Shown here: piece after piece, positions 32,012 through 40,985 of the stretch
How positions within the stretch are numbered: position 1 is the first letter of the stretch
How the letters are laid out: every line of letters begins with the position of its first letter
DNA from: an uncultured delta proteobacterium
Lineage (GTDB): Bacteria > Myxococcota > Myxococcia > Myxococcales > Myxococcaceae
Direction of reading: 5' to 3'
Length of the DNA: 64,000 bases
NCBI GenBank assembly: GCA_963776345.1
Contig: CAVZMH010000015.1
Coordinates: forward strand, 1 to 64,000
The notes under the pieces: model-generated
The model's input: only the letters and a program-made list of their open reading frames with translations
The model's database searches: none
What the model was told of the DNA's origin: nothing
Translations under genes and position numbers: made by a program

Positions 32012-34558
32012 ATGGCCACCGCGCTGGTGAAGGTCGACGACAGCGAGGCCGCGCTCCGGCACGAGTTCGGCCCCACCGGCCGCGCGCTGGGGCGCCGGTA
32101 CTGTCCGTACGTCCGGGTGACGCCAGCGGCGGAGGCCGAGCTGCGGCGGATCAGCGCCGAGGGCTTCGTGGTGCACGTGCAGCGGACCGCGGCCTGGGTG
32201 AGCTTTCTCTACCTCGCCTGGCTCCTGGTCAGCCGCGCCCTCCCGCCGATCCGCGCCGTGGTGAACATGCGGCGGTGGTTCGGCCGGCCCTGGCGCCGGG
32301 TGGCGCAGCGCGGACCGCTCGACGTCCGCTTCACCTTCGCCCGGAGGCAGGGCGGCTCGGCGCTGGTCTTCCTCCAGCAGACGGCGATCGGGCGGGCCGG
32401 CGGCCGGAGCGGCCGGGAGGACCCCTTCCCCGCCCTGGTGGCGATGGCCCGGAAGAGCGACCGGCCGGTGTTCCTCGTCCCCGAGCTGGTGGTCTGGGAG
32501 AAGTGGAGCGTCCGGATCAAGCCCGCCTGGGCGGACTACGTCTTCGGGACGCCCGAGGCGCCGGGCTTCCTCCACTCGGTGCTGGCCTTCCTCCGGAACC
32601 ACAAGCGGGCGCAGTTCCGGGTGGGCGAGCCCATCGACCTCCGGGCCTTCGCCGCGCAGAACCCGGAAGAATCGGACGTGGTGGTCGCCCGGAAGGTCCG
32701 CGCCGTGCTCCACGTGCATCTCGCCCGCGAGACCCGTGCCGTCTTCGGGCCGCCGTACAAGCCGCCCGAGCGGGTCATCGAGGAGACGCTGCGTGACCGC
32801 ACGCTGCGCCAGACCATCGAGCAGACCGCCACCCGCAGCGGGAAGGACCCGGCGGCGCTGGAGCGCGAGGCCCGGCGGAACCTCAATGCCATCGCCGCAC
32901 GGCTGCACCCCACGGTGCTCGCGGTCGTCGCGCCGCTGATGGGCTGGGTGTTCGACCGGATCTACGACGGCATCAACGTGGACGAGGCCGGGCTGGAGCG
33001 CGCGCTCCGGGCCGGACTCAACGGCGCGCCGATCGTGCTCTGCCCGAGCCACAAGAGCCACGTGGACTACCTGGTCATGTCCTGGGTGCTGTGGAAGCGT
33101 GGCTACCAGGTGCCGGTGGTGGCCGCCGGGGCGAACCTCTCCTTCTTCCCGCTGGGGCCGGTGCTCCGGCGCGTCGGGGCGTTCTTCCTCCGCCGCAGCT
33201 TCGGCACCGACCGGCTCTACACCGCGACCTTCAAGGCCTACGTCAAGAAGCTGGTGCGCGACGGCGTGCACCAGGAGTTCTTCCCCGAGGGCGGCCGCTC
33301 CCGGACCGGCAAGCTCCTCCCCGCCAAGCTGGGGCTGCTCGGCTGGGAGGTGGACGCGGTCCTGGAGGGGGCCCGGAACGACCTCGCCTTCATCCCGGTG
33401 GCCATCGATTACGAGAAGATCGTCGAGGGCAGCAGCTACAGCAGGGAGCTGGTCGGCGGGGAGAAGAAGCCCGAGGACGTGGGCGCGCTCATCCGGGCGC
33501 CACAGGTGCTGCTCCGTCGCTACGGCACCATTCACCTGCGCTTCGACGAGCCGGTGCTCCTCCGCGACTTCATGCGGGGCCGCGGCCTGGAGGACCCGGG
33601 CAGCATCGGCGAGGAGGAGAGGCGCGGCCTGGTCCGGGCGCTGGGGCACCGCATCATGTGGGGCATCGCCCGCGTGTCCACGGTGACGCCGCACGCGCTG
33701 GTGAGCAGCGCCCTCCTCGCGCACCCCGGCCGGGGGCTGCCAGCCTCCGCGCTCGGCGCGCGGGTGGACGCGCTCCGGGGGATGTGCCTCGAGGAGGGCT
33801 CGGCGCTGTCCACCGGCCTCGCCGGAGCCCCGAGCGACCCGACCGTGGCGGGCCCGGTGCGCACCGCGGTGCTCGGCTTCGTCGAGGACAAGCTGGTCCG
33901 CACCGAGCAGGCCAAGGGCGAGACGGTCTACCTGCCGGTGGACGAGCGGCGGGTCCAGCTCGCCTACTACAAGAACACCATCCTGAACCTGATCGCCCCG
34001 CGCGCGCTGGTGGCCTGCGCCGTGCTCCGGGGCGTGCTCGACGGCACCGAGGAGTCGGTCCGGACCAAGGCCCTCTTCCTCTCCCGGCTGTTCAAGCTGG
34101 AGTTCATCTACCGGGTGGGCGCGCCCTTCGAGATCATCTTCGCCGAGACGGTGGACAAGCTGGTGGCGGCCGGGCTCCTGGTGCGGCGCGACGGGTCGCT
34201 CCTCCCCCCCGATGCGCAGGCCCGCGGCGTGCTCGAGTTCCTGGCCGACATGATCCGCGACTACCTGCAGTCGTACCTGCTCGCCGCGCTGACGCTGGAC
34301 GACCTCGCCACGGGCCCCATGGACCGGAAGGCGTTCCTCCGGGCCGCGCTGGAGACCGGGCGGATGGAATTCCTCTCCGGGCGCCTCGACGCCGCCGAGG
34401 CCATCAGCCGGACCACGCTGGAGAACGCGCTGGCCTGGCTCCTCGAGCAGGAGATGGTGGCCGAGCGGGACCGAAAGCTGGTCCTCGGCCCCACCGCGGA
34501 GCGGCCCGAGCCGCGCGAGGCGTTCCGCGACGAGCTGCGCGCCTACCTCGACCGGTAG
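32012..34558 (+). CDS. plsB: Glycerol-3-phosphate acyltransferase, PlsB-like
   Basis: HKSHVD (HxxxxD), GAFFLRRSF, FFPEGGRSRTGKL. Confidence 0.85.
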   Translation: MATALVKVDDSEAALRHEFGPTGRALGRRYCPYVRVTPAAEAELRRISAEGFVVHVQRTAAWVSFLYLAWLLVSRALPPIRAVVNMRRWFGRPWRRVAQRGPLDVRFTFARRQGGSALVFLQQTAIGRAGGRSGREDPFPALVAMARKSDRPVFLVPELVVWEKWSVRIKPAWADYVFGTPEAPGFLHSVLAFLRNHKRAQFRVGEPIDLRAFAAQNPEESDVVVARKVRAVLHVHLARETRAVFGPPYKPPERVIEETLRDRTLRQTIEQTATRSGKDPAALEREARRNLNAIAARLHPTVLAVVAPLMGWVFDRIYDGINVDEAGLERALRAGLNGAPIVLCPSHKSHVDYLVMSWVLWKRGYQVPVVAAGANLSFFPLGPVLRRVGAFFLRRSFGTDRLYTATFKAYVKKLVRDGVHQEFFPEGGRSRTGKLLPAKLGLLGWEVDAVLEGARNDLAFIPVAIDYEKIVEGSSYSRELVGGEKKPEDVGALIRAPQVLLRRYGTIHLRFDEPVLLRDFMRGRGLEDPGSIGEEERRGLVRALGHRIMWGIARVSTVTPHALVSSALLAHPGRGLPASALGARVDALRGMCLEEGSALSTGLAGAPSDPTVAGPVRTAVLGFVEDKLVRTEQAKGETVYLPVDERRVQLAYYKNTILNLIAPRALVACAVLRGVLDGTEESVRTKALFLSRLFKLEFIYRVGAPFEIIFAETVDKLVAAGLLVRRDGSLLPPDAQARGVLEFLADMIRDYLQSYLLAALTLDDLATGPMDRKAFLRAALETGRMEFLSGRLDAAEAISRTTLENALAWLLEQEMVAERDRKLVLGPTAERPEPREAFRDELRAYLDR

Positions 34559-35038
34559 TCAGCGCGGCGCAATCAGCGCGTCGAGCTTCCGGGCCAGCGT
34601 CGCGTTGGAGACCAGGCCCTCGTACCGCCCCACCATCGTCCCGTCGGCCGAGACCAGGAAGGTGGCGGGCACCGTCTCCAGGCCCAGGGGCGCGAGCATC
34701 TCGCTCTCCGCCGCGGCGACGGGCATCGTGCGGAGGCCCATCTTCTCGGCCGCGACCCGAATCCGGGTGCGGTCGGGGGCGATGGAGACGGCGATGAACC
34801 CCACCCGGCCCTCGTACTGCTTCGCCAGCTTCTCCAGCTCGGGCAACTCCCGAGCACAGACGCCTCAGCCGGGCATCCAGAGGTTCACCAGCCACGGCCG
34901 GCCGCGCATCGTCTTCGGGGTGACGCTCGCGCCGTCGAGACCGCGCGCGCTGAAGGAGTCGGGCAGCGGCCGCGGGGTGTAGGAGGGCTGGCAGGCGGCG
35001 CCGAGCACGAGCAGGAGGAGAACGGGCAGACTGCGCAT
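34559..35038 (-). CDS. TlpA/ResA-like thiol-disulfide oxidoreductase lipoprotein, predicted selenoprotein (UxxC)
   Basis: Manual translation: MRSLPVLLLLVLGAAC...PWLVNLWMPG-TGA-GVCARELPELEKL...VPATFLV...; TGA is codon 58 (34865-34867) and the frame is otherwise open for 159 aa. Confidence 0.85.
34837..34855 (-). promoter_or_regulatory. Bacterial SECIS element
   Basis: GCTCGGG-AGTTG-CCCGAGC perfect 7-bp stem; the loop starts 16 nt after UGA with G at loop position 2. Confidence 0.78.
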
Positions 35039-35102
35039 GCCTGGTCCTCGACGCTTTCACAGCCCTCACGGGGCTGGCAAGGTGCTCCGGCCGTCACCCA
35101 TC

Positions 35103-36248
35103 GTGCTCGAGCCCACCCTTCCCCCGTCCGACGCACCCGAACCTCCGGTACCCGCCGAGCGGCTGGGATGGCTCGCGCTGGTCGGCGCGCTGGCGCTCTT
35201 CTACCTGGTCGGCGTGCCGCTGCAGATGGTGAGCGCCGGCGCGGGCATCTGGTTCGCCGAGGTGTTCCTCTTCCTCGGCTCCGGCTGGGCGCTGACCCGC
35301 TGGAGCGGCCGGGCACCGGCGCCGTACCTCGGGCTTCGATGGCCCGGGATCCGGCCTCTCCTGTTCGCGCTCGGCGTGGCCGTGGCCAACTACTTCGCGC
35401 TGGTCATCCCGCTGCAGTTCCTGGTCCAGCTGGCCGCCCCACAGTCGTGGGTGGAGATGTTCGACCAGACCCAGGTGTTCGAGCGGAGGAGCGGCCTCGA
35501 GCTGTTCCTGGCCATGACCGGCGCGGTGGCCGCCGCGCCGATCGGCGAGGAGGTCGTCTTCCGGGGCCTCTTGCTCCAGGGCCTTCTCCGCCGGGGCGTG
35601 GCCGTCATCCCGGCGGTGATCGCCTCGGCGGCCATCTTCAGCCTCTGCCACGTCAACCTCATCGGGCTTCCCGCGCTCTTCGAGCTGGGGGTGGTCTTCG
35701 GGCTCCTCTACGTCCGGACCCGGACCGTGCTTCCGGGGATGGTGGCCCACCTGGGGAGCAACCTGACGGCCACCCTGCTCTACGTCGCCGGGAAGGGACA
35801 GGAGCCGGGGCCGGTCGAGCTGTCCGCGCTTCCCGCCATCCTCGGCGCGAGCGCTGCCGGATGGGTGGTGCTGGGCCTCGTCCTGTCCGCCGCCCGCCGG
35901 GTGCCCGGGGCCTGGGGTCAGCGCCGGGAGGAGGACGTGGCCCGACCCCGGATCCCGCTCTCGCGGGCGCTCGCGCCCTGGGCCGTGGCGGCCGCGGCCT
36001 CGCTCGTCGTCTGGGGCCTCGCGGACCGCCGCGGCCTCGAGCTCGACCTCGCGGACGTCCAGGCCCGGCTGCCGCCGCCCCGCTCCAGCGAGCCGGGATG
36101 GGCGCGCGAGCGCCGGGATGAGGTCGAGACGCTCCGGGAGGACGTGCGCCAGGGAAAGGCGAGCCTCGAGACCTACCGCCAGGCGCGCCGCGTGCTCGCC
36201 GGAGCGCTGGCAGCCGACGCCGGGACCCCGGACGGGGGAGCGCCCTGA
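35103..36248 (+). CDS. CPBP (CAAX/Abi) intramembrane metalloprotease
   Basis: EEVVFRG, FSLCH, AHLGSN motifs; multiple TM segments; start uncertain. Confidence 0.88.
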   Translation: MLEPTLPPSDAPEPPVPAERLGWLALVGALALFYLVGVPLQMVSAGAGIWFAEVFLFLGSGWALTRWSGRAPAPYLGLRWPGIRPLLFALGVAVANYFALVIPLQFLVQLAAPQSWVEMFDQTQVFERRSGLELFLAMTGAVAAAPIGEEVVFRGLLLQGLLRRGVAVIPAVIASAAIFSLCHVNLIGLPALFELGVVFGLLYVRTRTVLPGMVAHLGSNLTATLLYVAGKGQEPGPVELSALPAILGASAAGWVVLGLVLSAARRVPGAWGQRREEDVARPRIPLSRALAPWAVAAAASLVVWGLADRRGLELDLADVQARLPPPRSSEPGWARERRDEVETLREDVRQGKASLETYRQARRVLAGALAADAGTPDGGAP

Positions 36249-36267
36249 CCGCCGGTGGCTCCCGCGC

Positions 36268-36483
36268 TCAGAAGGCCTTGTAGCGACGCACCCGGAGCAC
36301 CGGACCGACCATGGCGATGCCGGCTGCCGCGGCGTCCACATCGCCGTCGATCTCCACCCGCTGCCCTTCCTTGAGCAGCGACGAGCGGCCACCGGCGAGC
36401 TGGTACGTCTTCCCGTCGTCCCCGGCGAGCACCCAGACGCCCATCTCCACGTCGCGGAACTCGACCGTCCCCCGGATCCTCAT
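36268..36483 (-). CDS. Small OB-fold-like hypothetical protein (DUF5818-like)
   Basis: MRIRGTVEFRDVEMGVWVLAGDDGKTYQL...; ATGA overlap with the subtilase stop. Confidence 0.7.
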   Translation of the reverse strand: MRIRGTVEFRDVEMGVWVLAGDDGKTYQLAGGRSSLLKEGQRVEIDGDVDAAAAGIAMVGPVLRVRRYKAF

Positions 36484-38252
36484 CGCCGCGTCTCTCGCCG
36501 GAGCATCGCCCGGGACAGCAGCGCCGCCAGGAGCCCGTTCAGCACCAGCCAGGGCCGGGCGAGGAAGGTGAAGGGAAGGTAGGCGATGCTCGGCGCCTTC
36601 GCCCAGGCCGCGTAGAGCAAGAATCCCGCAAACCCGAGCGACAGTCCGGCCACGACCGGCCGCAGCCCCCGCCACTTCAGCGCGAGGAGCGCCGCCACGG
36701 TCGGGACCAGCGCGCTGTACATCAGGGGGCTCGCGAGCCGCCCGCGCCCGAAGAGGATGCGCCCCCAGTCGGGCAGCGGCAGCGAGAGCACCTCGGCGGC
36801 GGCCGGCGGGTGCCCGACGTAGCGCTGCCAGAGAAGCTTGAGGAACCACAGCCCGACCGTGCTCAGGAGCAGCGGAAGGAGCGTCGCGGGGTTGAGCAGC
36901 ACGTTCAGGTAGCCCGGGCGCACCTTGGTCTTCAGCGAGATCAGGAGCAGCGCCAGCAGCGCCGCGCTCCAGGCGAGCGGCACCCAGTCGACCGGGCCAG
37001 CGGTCTTGCCGAGCGCCTCCAGCGCTCCGAGCGCATCCAGCCGGCCGTGCCCGGCCCGCGGAGTCCAGGCGCCCCCGGACCCGGCGCCCTCGAACAGGGC
37101 CCTCTCCACCTCGTCGGGCGTCCTCGCCCCCGCGGCGAAGAGCAGCGCCGCCACCCCCGCCACGTGGGGCGTGGCCATGGACGTGCCCTGGTACTCGGCG
37201 AGGACCGGCTTCCTGAAATCCGCGCGGTCGAGCGTCGCCTGGAGGATGCCGTTGCCCGGACCGAGCTTGGTGTTCCCACCCGGCGCGACGATGTCCAGCG
37301 CCTCCCCGTAGGACGAGTACGGCGCGAGCGCCCCATCCGGCCCCACCGCGCCCACCGCCACCGCGCCGGCGTACGCCGCGGGGTACGAGACCTGCCCCAG
37401 CCCGCTGTTGCCCGCGGCGCAGACCACCACCGCCCCCTTGCTCCGGGCGTAGGCCACGGCGCGCTCCATGACGCCCGAGTACCCGGGGCCGCCGAGCGAG
37501 AGGTTCAGCACCTTGGCCCCGTGGTCCACCGCCCAGCGGATGGCATCGGCGATGTCCGCCGAGTTCCCGAGCCCCGAGCGGTCCAGGACCTTGAGCGGCA
37601 TGAGCCGCGCCTCGAAGGCGACGCCCGCGACGCCCACGCCGTTGTTGGTGCGCTGGGCGATGGTGCCGGCGACGTGGGTGCCGTGACCGTTGTCGTCGTT
37701 GGGATGGTCGGTGTCGTTGACGAAGTCGTAGCCCGGGACGAAGCGCGCGCCCGTCAAGTCGGGCACCCGCACGAACTCCTCCCGGTCCTCGTAGGCGATG
37801 CCGGTGTCGATGACCGCGACCACCACGCCCTTGCCCCGCGAGCGCTCCCAGGCCTCGGGCATGTGGATCATCCGGAGGTTCCACTGCTTCGGGAAGTCCG
37901 GGTCGTTCGGGGTGAAGGCCAGCGCCTCCACCTGGACCAGCGGCTCGGCCTCCTCCACCTCCGCGTCACCGCGAACCCGGGCCAGCGCGGCATCCACGTC
38001 GTCGACGCCGTCGGCGATGGCGATGCCCGAGCGCAGGCCCTCGACCGAGTTGAGGTGGAGCGGGAGTCCCCAGCGCCGCGCTCGCTCGGCGATCTCCTCG
38101 GCGGGCGTACCGTCGCGGAAGTCGACCACCAGCGCGTGCGGCACGGCGGAGGCGCGGGCCGTCCCCGGGGGAGTCGCCTTGGTGTGCGCGGGGGCGGGCG
38201 CACACGCCGCCGCGAGCAGCACCACTCCGCTCAGGCACCAGCCAGACCGCAT
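36480..38252 (-). CDS. Subtilisin-like S8 serine protease with C-terminal TM helices
   Basis: Triad VAVIDTG, HGTHVAG, GTSMATPHVAG; AAGN; lipobox-like LAAAC. Confidence 0.92.
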   Translation of the reverse strand: MRSGWCLSGVVLLAAACAPAPAHTKATPPGTARASAVPHALVVDFRDGTPAEEIAERARRWGLPLHLNSVEGLRSGIAIADGVDDVDAALARVRGDAEVEEAEPLVQVEALAFTPNDPDFPKQWNLRMIHMPEAWERSRGKGVVVAVIDTGIAYEDREEFVRVPDLTGARFVPGYDFVNDTDHPNDDNGHGTHVAGTIAQRTNNGVGVAGVAFEARLMPLKVLDRSGLGNSADIADAIRWAVDHGAKVLNLSLGGPGYSGVMERAVAYARSKGAVVVCAAGNSGLGQVSYPAAYAGAVAVGAVGPDGALAPYSSYGEALDIVAPGGNTKLGPGNGILQATLDRADFRKPVLAEYQGTSMATPHVAGVAALLFAAGARTPDEVERALFEGAGSGGAWTPRAGHGRLDALGALEALGKTAGPVDWVPLAWSAALLALLLISLKTKVRPGYLNVLLNPATLLPLLLSTVGLWFLKLLWQRYVGHPPAAAEVLSLPLPDWGRILFGRGRLASPLMYSALVPTVAALLALKWRGLRPVVAGLSLGFAGFLLYAAWAKAPSIAYLPFTFLARPWLVLNGLLAALLSRAMLRRETRR

Positions 38253-38337
38253 CCAGGCTCCTTCCAGCCCCGGGGAAAGGGCAGACCCTGGAGTCATACG
38301 CCCCTGGCCTTCCCCGATTGGGGACCCAGGTCATTCT

Positions 38338-38961
38338 TCACGATTCCAGGTGCTTGCTGGCTCCCTCGATCCAGCGGAGCGCGACCCGGCCGACCTCGGA
38401 CAGGTGCCGCTGGAACCGGGCATCGGCGCCGGCGACGGCCTCGACCCGCCCTCCGGCCTCGGACGCGGCGGCCACGAGCCCTGCCCGACCAGGCTCGTCC
38501 TCCCCGACGATGCAGAGGAGCGGGACACCGAGGCGACGGGGCATCGTCGTCGCAGGGGGGCTGACCAGGACGACGGCCACGATGCCCGGATGCTCGCTTG
38601 CCAGCCGAACGGCCGTGTCTGCCGAGGCCCCCACCGCCGCGACGGCCACCTCGACCCGGGCCGTGTTCTCGCGGAGAAGGCGCAGCGCGGCGGCCGCGTC
38701 CTCGAGCCGTGACTCCGCATCGCCCCGCAGCCCCTGGCTGGCCCCGACGCCGCGGAAGTTGAACCGGAGCACCGGACGCCCGGCGCGCGCCGTGGCCCAG
38801 GCGAGCTCGGCGCAGACCACGTGATCCATCGACCCGGCCTCGGGTGGCGGCGGCAGGACGAGGACCGGAGGCGACTTGCTGCCCCGGTGCCACAGCCCCT
38901 CGAGCACCTCGTGACCGACCCGGACCAGCGCCGGCCGCTCGAGGTACTGGCCCCGGCTCAC
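38338..38961 (-). CDS. Alpha/beta hydrolase-fold protein
   Basis: LRFNFRGVGASQG; nucleophile elbow degenerate (AVGASA). Confidence 0.8.
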   Translation of the reverse strand: MSRGQYLERPALVRVGHEVLEGLWHRGSKSPPVLVLPPPPEAGSMDHVVCAELAWATARAGRPVLRFNFRGVGASQGLRGDAESRLEDAAAALRLLRENTARVEVAVAAVGASADTAVRLASEHPGIVAVVLVSPPATTMPRRLGVPLLCIVGEDEPGRAGLVAAASEAGGRVEAVAGADARFQRHLSEVGRVALRWIEGASKHLES

Positions 38962-40154
38962 CACGAGGTCACCCGGAGCACCAGGAGCTTGAGGTAGCGC
39001 CCCTCCGGGAACTGGAGGCGGATGGGGTGGTCGGGTGGCTGGTAGCGCTCCTCGACCAGCGTGAGGTCCACGCCGGCCTTGAAGCCCGCCTCCTTCACCG
39101 CGCCCTGGAAGGCCTCGGGCGTGACCCGGGCCGAGCACGAGGCGGTGACCAGGAGGCCGCCGGGCGCCACGACCTCGAGCGCCTGCCGGTTGAGCGAGGC
39201 GTACCCGTCGATGGCCGCCTCCACCGCGCGCTGGCTCTTGGCGAAGGCCGGCGGGTCGAGGATGACGACGTCGAACCGGCGCCCCTCCTCGCGGAAGGAG
39301 GAGAGCAGCGTGAACACGTCCGCCGCCAGGAAGTCGTGGGCGTTCGGGTCGAGGCCGTTGCGCACGAAGTTGTCCCGGGCGAGGGCGATCGCGTCGGCGT
39401 CCTGGTCGACGCTGAACACGCGGGTCGCACCGCCGAGCGCCGCGTTGACGCTGAAGCCTCCCGAGAAGCTGAAGCAGTTGAGCACCGTGGCCCCGCGGGA
39501 CAGACGCCGGACCAGCGCCCGGTTCTCTCGCTGATCGAGGAAGAAGCCGGTCTTCTGCCCGCGCCGGACGTCGACGCCGAAGCGCACCCCACGCTCGAGG
39601 ATGACCACCGGATCGGGCGGCTCCTCGCCCCACAGCAGGCGCCCCCCGCTCCGCCCGTCCTCGTCGCCTTCCTCGCCTGCGAGCTGGTCGCGGCCCAGCA
39701 CCGCGCGAACCCCGGGGAGCGCCCGGAGCGCCTCGACCAGGAGGCCCCGCGCCGGGGTGAGCCCGGCCGAGTAGAGCTTGAGCACCACCGTGCCCGCATA
39801 GAGGTCGGCCACCACGCCCGGCAGCCCGTCCGCCTCGCCGTGGACGAGACGGAAGCTGTCGGTGTCGGTCCGGTCCAGCAGCCGCTCGCGCAGCTCCCAC
39901 GCCGACCGCACGCGCCGCCGGAAGAAGTCGCCGTCGATGACCTCGCGCGAATCGCGGGTCAGGACGCGCACGGCGATGGGGCTCAGCGGATCGAAGTACC
40001 CGCGAGCGACGAACTTCCCGCCCTCGGTCAGGTCCACCACGCTCCCGGGCGGGATCTTCGGAAGCTTCTCCACCGCCTTGCGGAACACCCAGGGGTGGCC
40101 GGCCCGGAGGTGGCGTCCGAGGCCCCGCTGCAGCTCGAGCCGGACCAGGTTCAC
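38958..40154 (-). CDS. RlmI/RlmK-like SAM-dependent rRNA methyltransferase
   Basis: PUA-like GHPWVF, HGEADGLPG, GQKTGFFLDQRENR, ILDPPAF. Confidence 0.92.
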   Translation of the reverse strand: MNLVRLELQRGLGRHLRAGHPWVFRKAVEKLPKIPPGSVVDLTEGGKFVARGYFDPLSPIAVRVLTRDSREVIDGDFFRRRVRSAWELRERLLDRTDTDSFRLVHGEADGLPGVVADLYAGTVVLKLYSAGLTPARGLLVEALRALPGVRAVLGRDQLAGEEGDEDGRSGGRLLWGEEPPDPVVILERGVRFGVDVRRGQKTGFFLDQRENRALVRRLSRGATVLNCFSFSGGFSVNAALGGATRVFSVDQDADAIALARDNFVRNGLDPNAHDFLAADVFTLLSSFREEGRRFDVVILDPPAFAKSQRAVEAAIDGYASLNRQALEVVAPGGLLVTASCSARVTPEAFQGAVKEAGFKAGVDLTLVEERYQPPDHPIRLQFPEGRYLKLLVLRVTSW

Positions 40155-40951
40155 GCCCTGGCCCTCCGCGCCCGGAGCACCGCCCGGGCGACCTCCTCGA
40201 AGCCGGCGCCCTCGGGCGCGCGGGTGACGAAGCGTGGCCGGTGCTCGAGCCGCTCCAGCACGGCGCGCACGTTGGCCACCCCCACGCTCAGCGGGAAGGC
40301 TGCGAAGAGCGGCGCGTCGTTGAGGCTGTCGCCGACGTACAGGTAGCGGCGGTCGTCGGGGCGAAGCCGCGCCTGCCAGACCGAACGCAGGAACCGGCGC
40401 ACCATCCACGCCTTGTCGAAGGGGCCGATCCAGGCGTTCACGTGGACGCTCGAGCGCACCGCGTTCACCCCGCGGGCGGCAAGGAACGCCTCCAGCCGCC
40501 GCGCGGCCTCCGGCCCCAGGCGGACCTCCTCATTGACGTCGATGGCCAGATCCACCTCGGCGTAGCGGCTGTCGGTGGACATGCGCGCCCCGGGCACGGC
40601 GCGCAAGGCGGACCGCACCACCCGCTGGAGCCGGCGGCGCTCCCGGTCCCGGACCGGGGCGGGACGGGCGTAGGACTTGCGGAGCGCGCCCCGGGCGTCG
40701 AGCCGGACCGAGAGGCCCCCGTTCTCGGCGATGACTCCCGCCACCGGGAGCGTCCGGGCCCAGGCCTCGGCGAACCCGGCCGGCCGGCCGGTGACCAGCA
40801 CCAGCGCCACGCCCGCCCGGTCGAGCCGCTCGAGCATCGCCAGCGTCGACGCCCGGAGGCGCCCGCCGGTGGTGAGCGTGCCGTCGACGTCGGTGAACAC
40901 GGCCTCGACCCGGGAGAGGTCGGCCTCGCGCAGCGGTCTGAGCTCGGGCAT
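40151..40951 (-). CDS. HAD-IIB family hydrolase
   Basis: FTDVDGTL, VTGR, YVGDSLNDAPLF. Confidence 0.9.
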   Translation of the reverse strand: MPELRPLREADLSRVEAVFTDVDGTLTTGGRLRASTLAMLERLDRAGVALVLVTGRPAGFAEAWARTLPVAGVIAENGGLSVRLDARGALRKSYARPAPVRDRERRRLQRVVRSALRAVPGARMSTDSRYAEVDLAIDVNEEVRLGPEAARRLEAFLAARGVNAVRSSVHVNAWIGPFDKAWMVRRFLRSVWQARLRPDDRRYLYVGDSLNDAPLFAAFPLSVGVANVRAVLERLEHRPRFVTRAPEGAGFEEVARAVLRARRARA

Positions 40952-40985
40952 CGGGGGCGGGCGCACCCTACCCCAGGCCGGGGGC

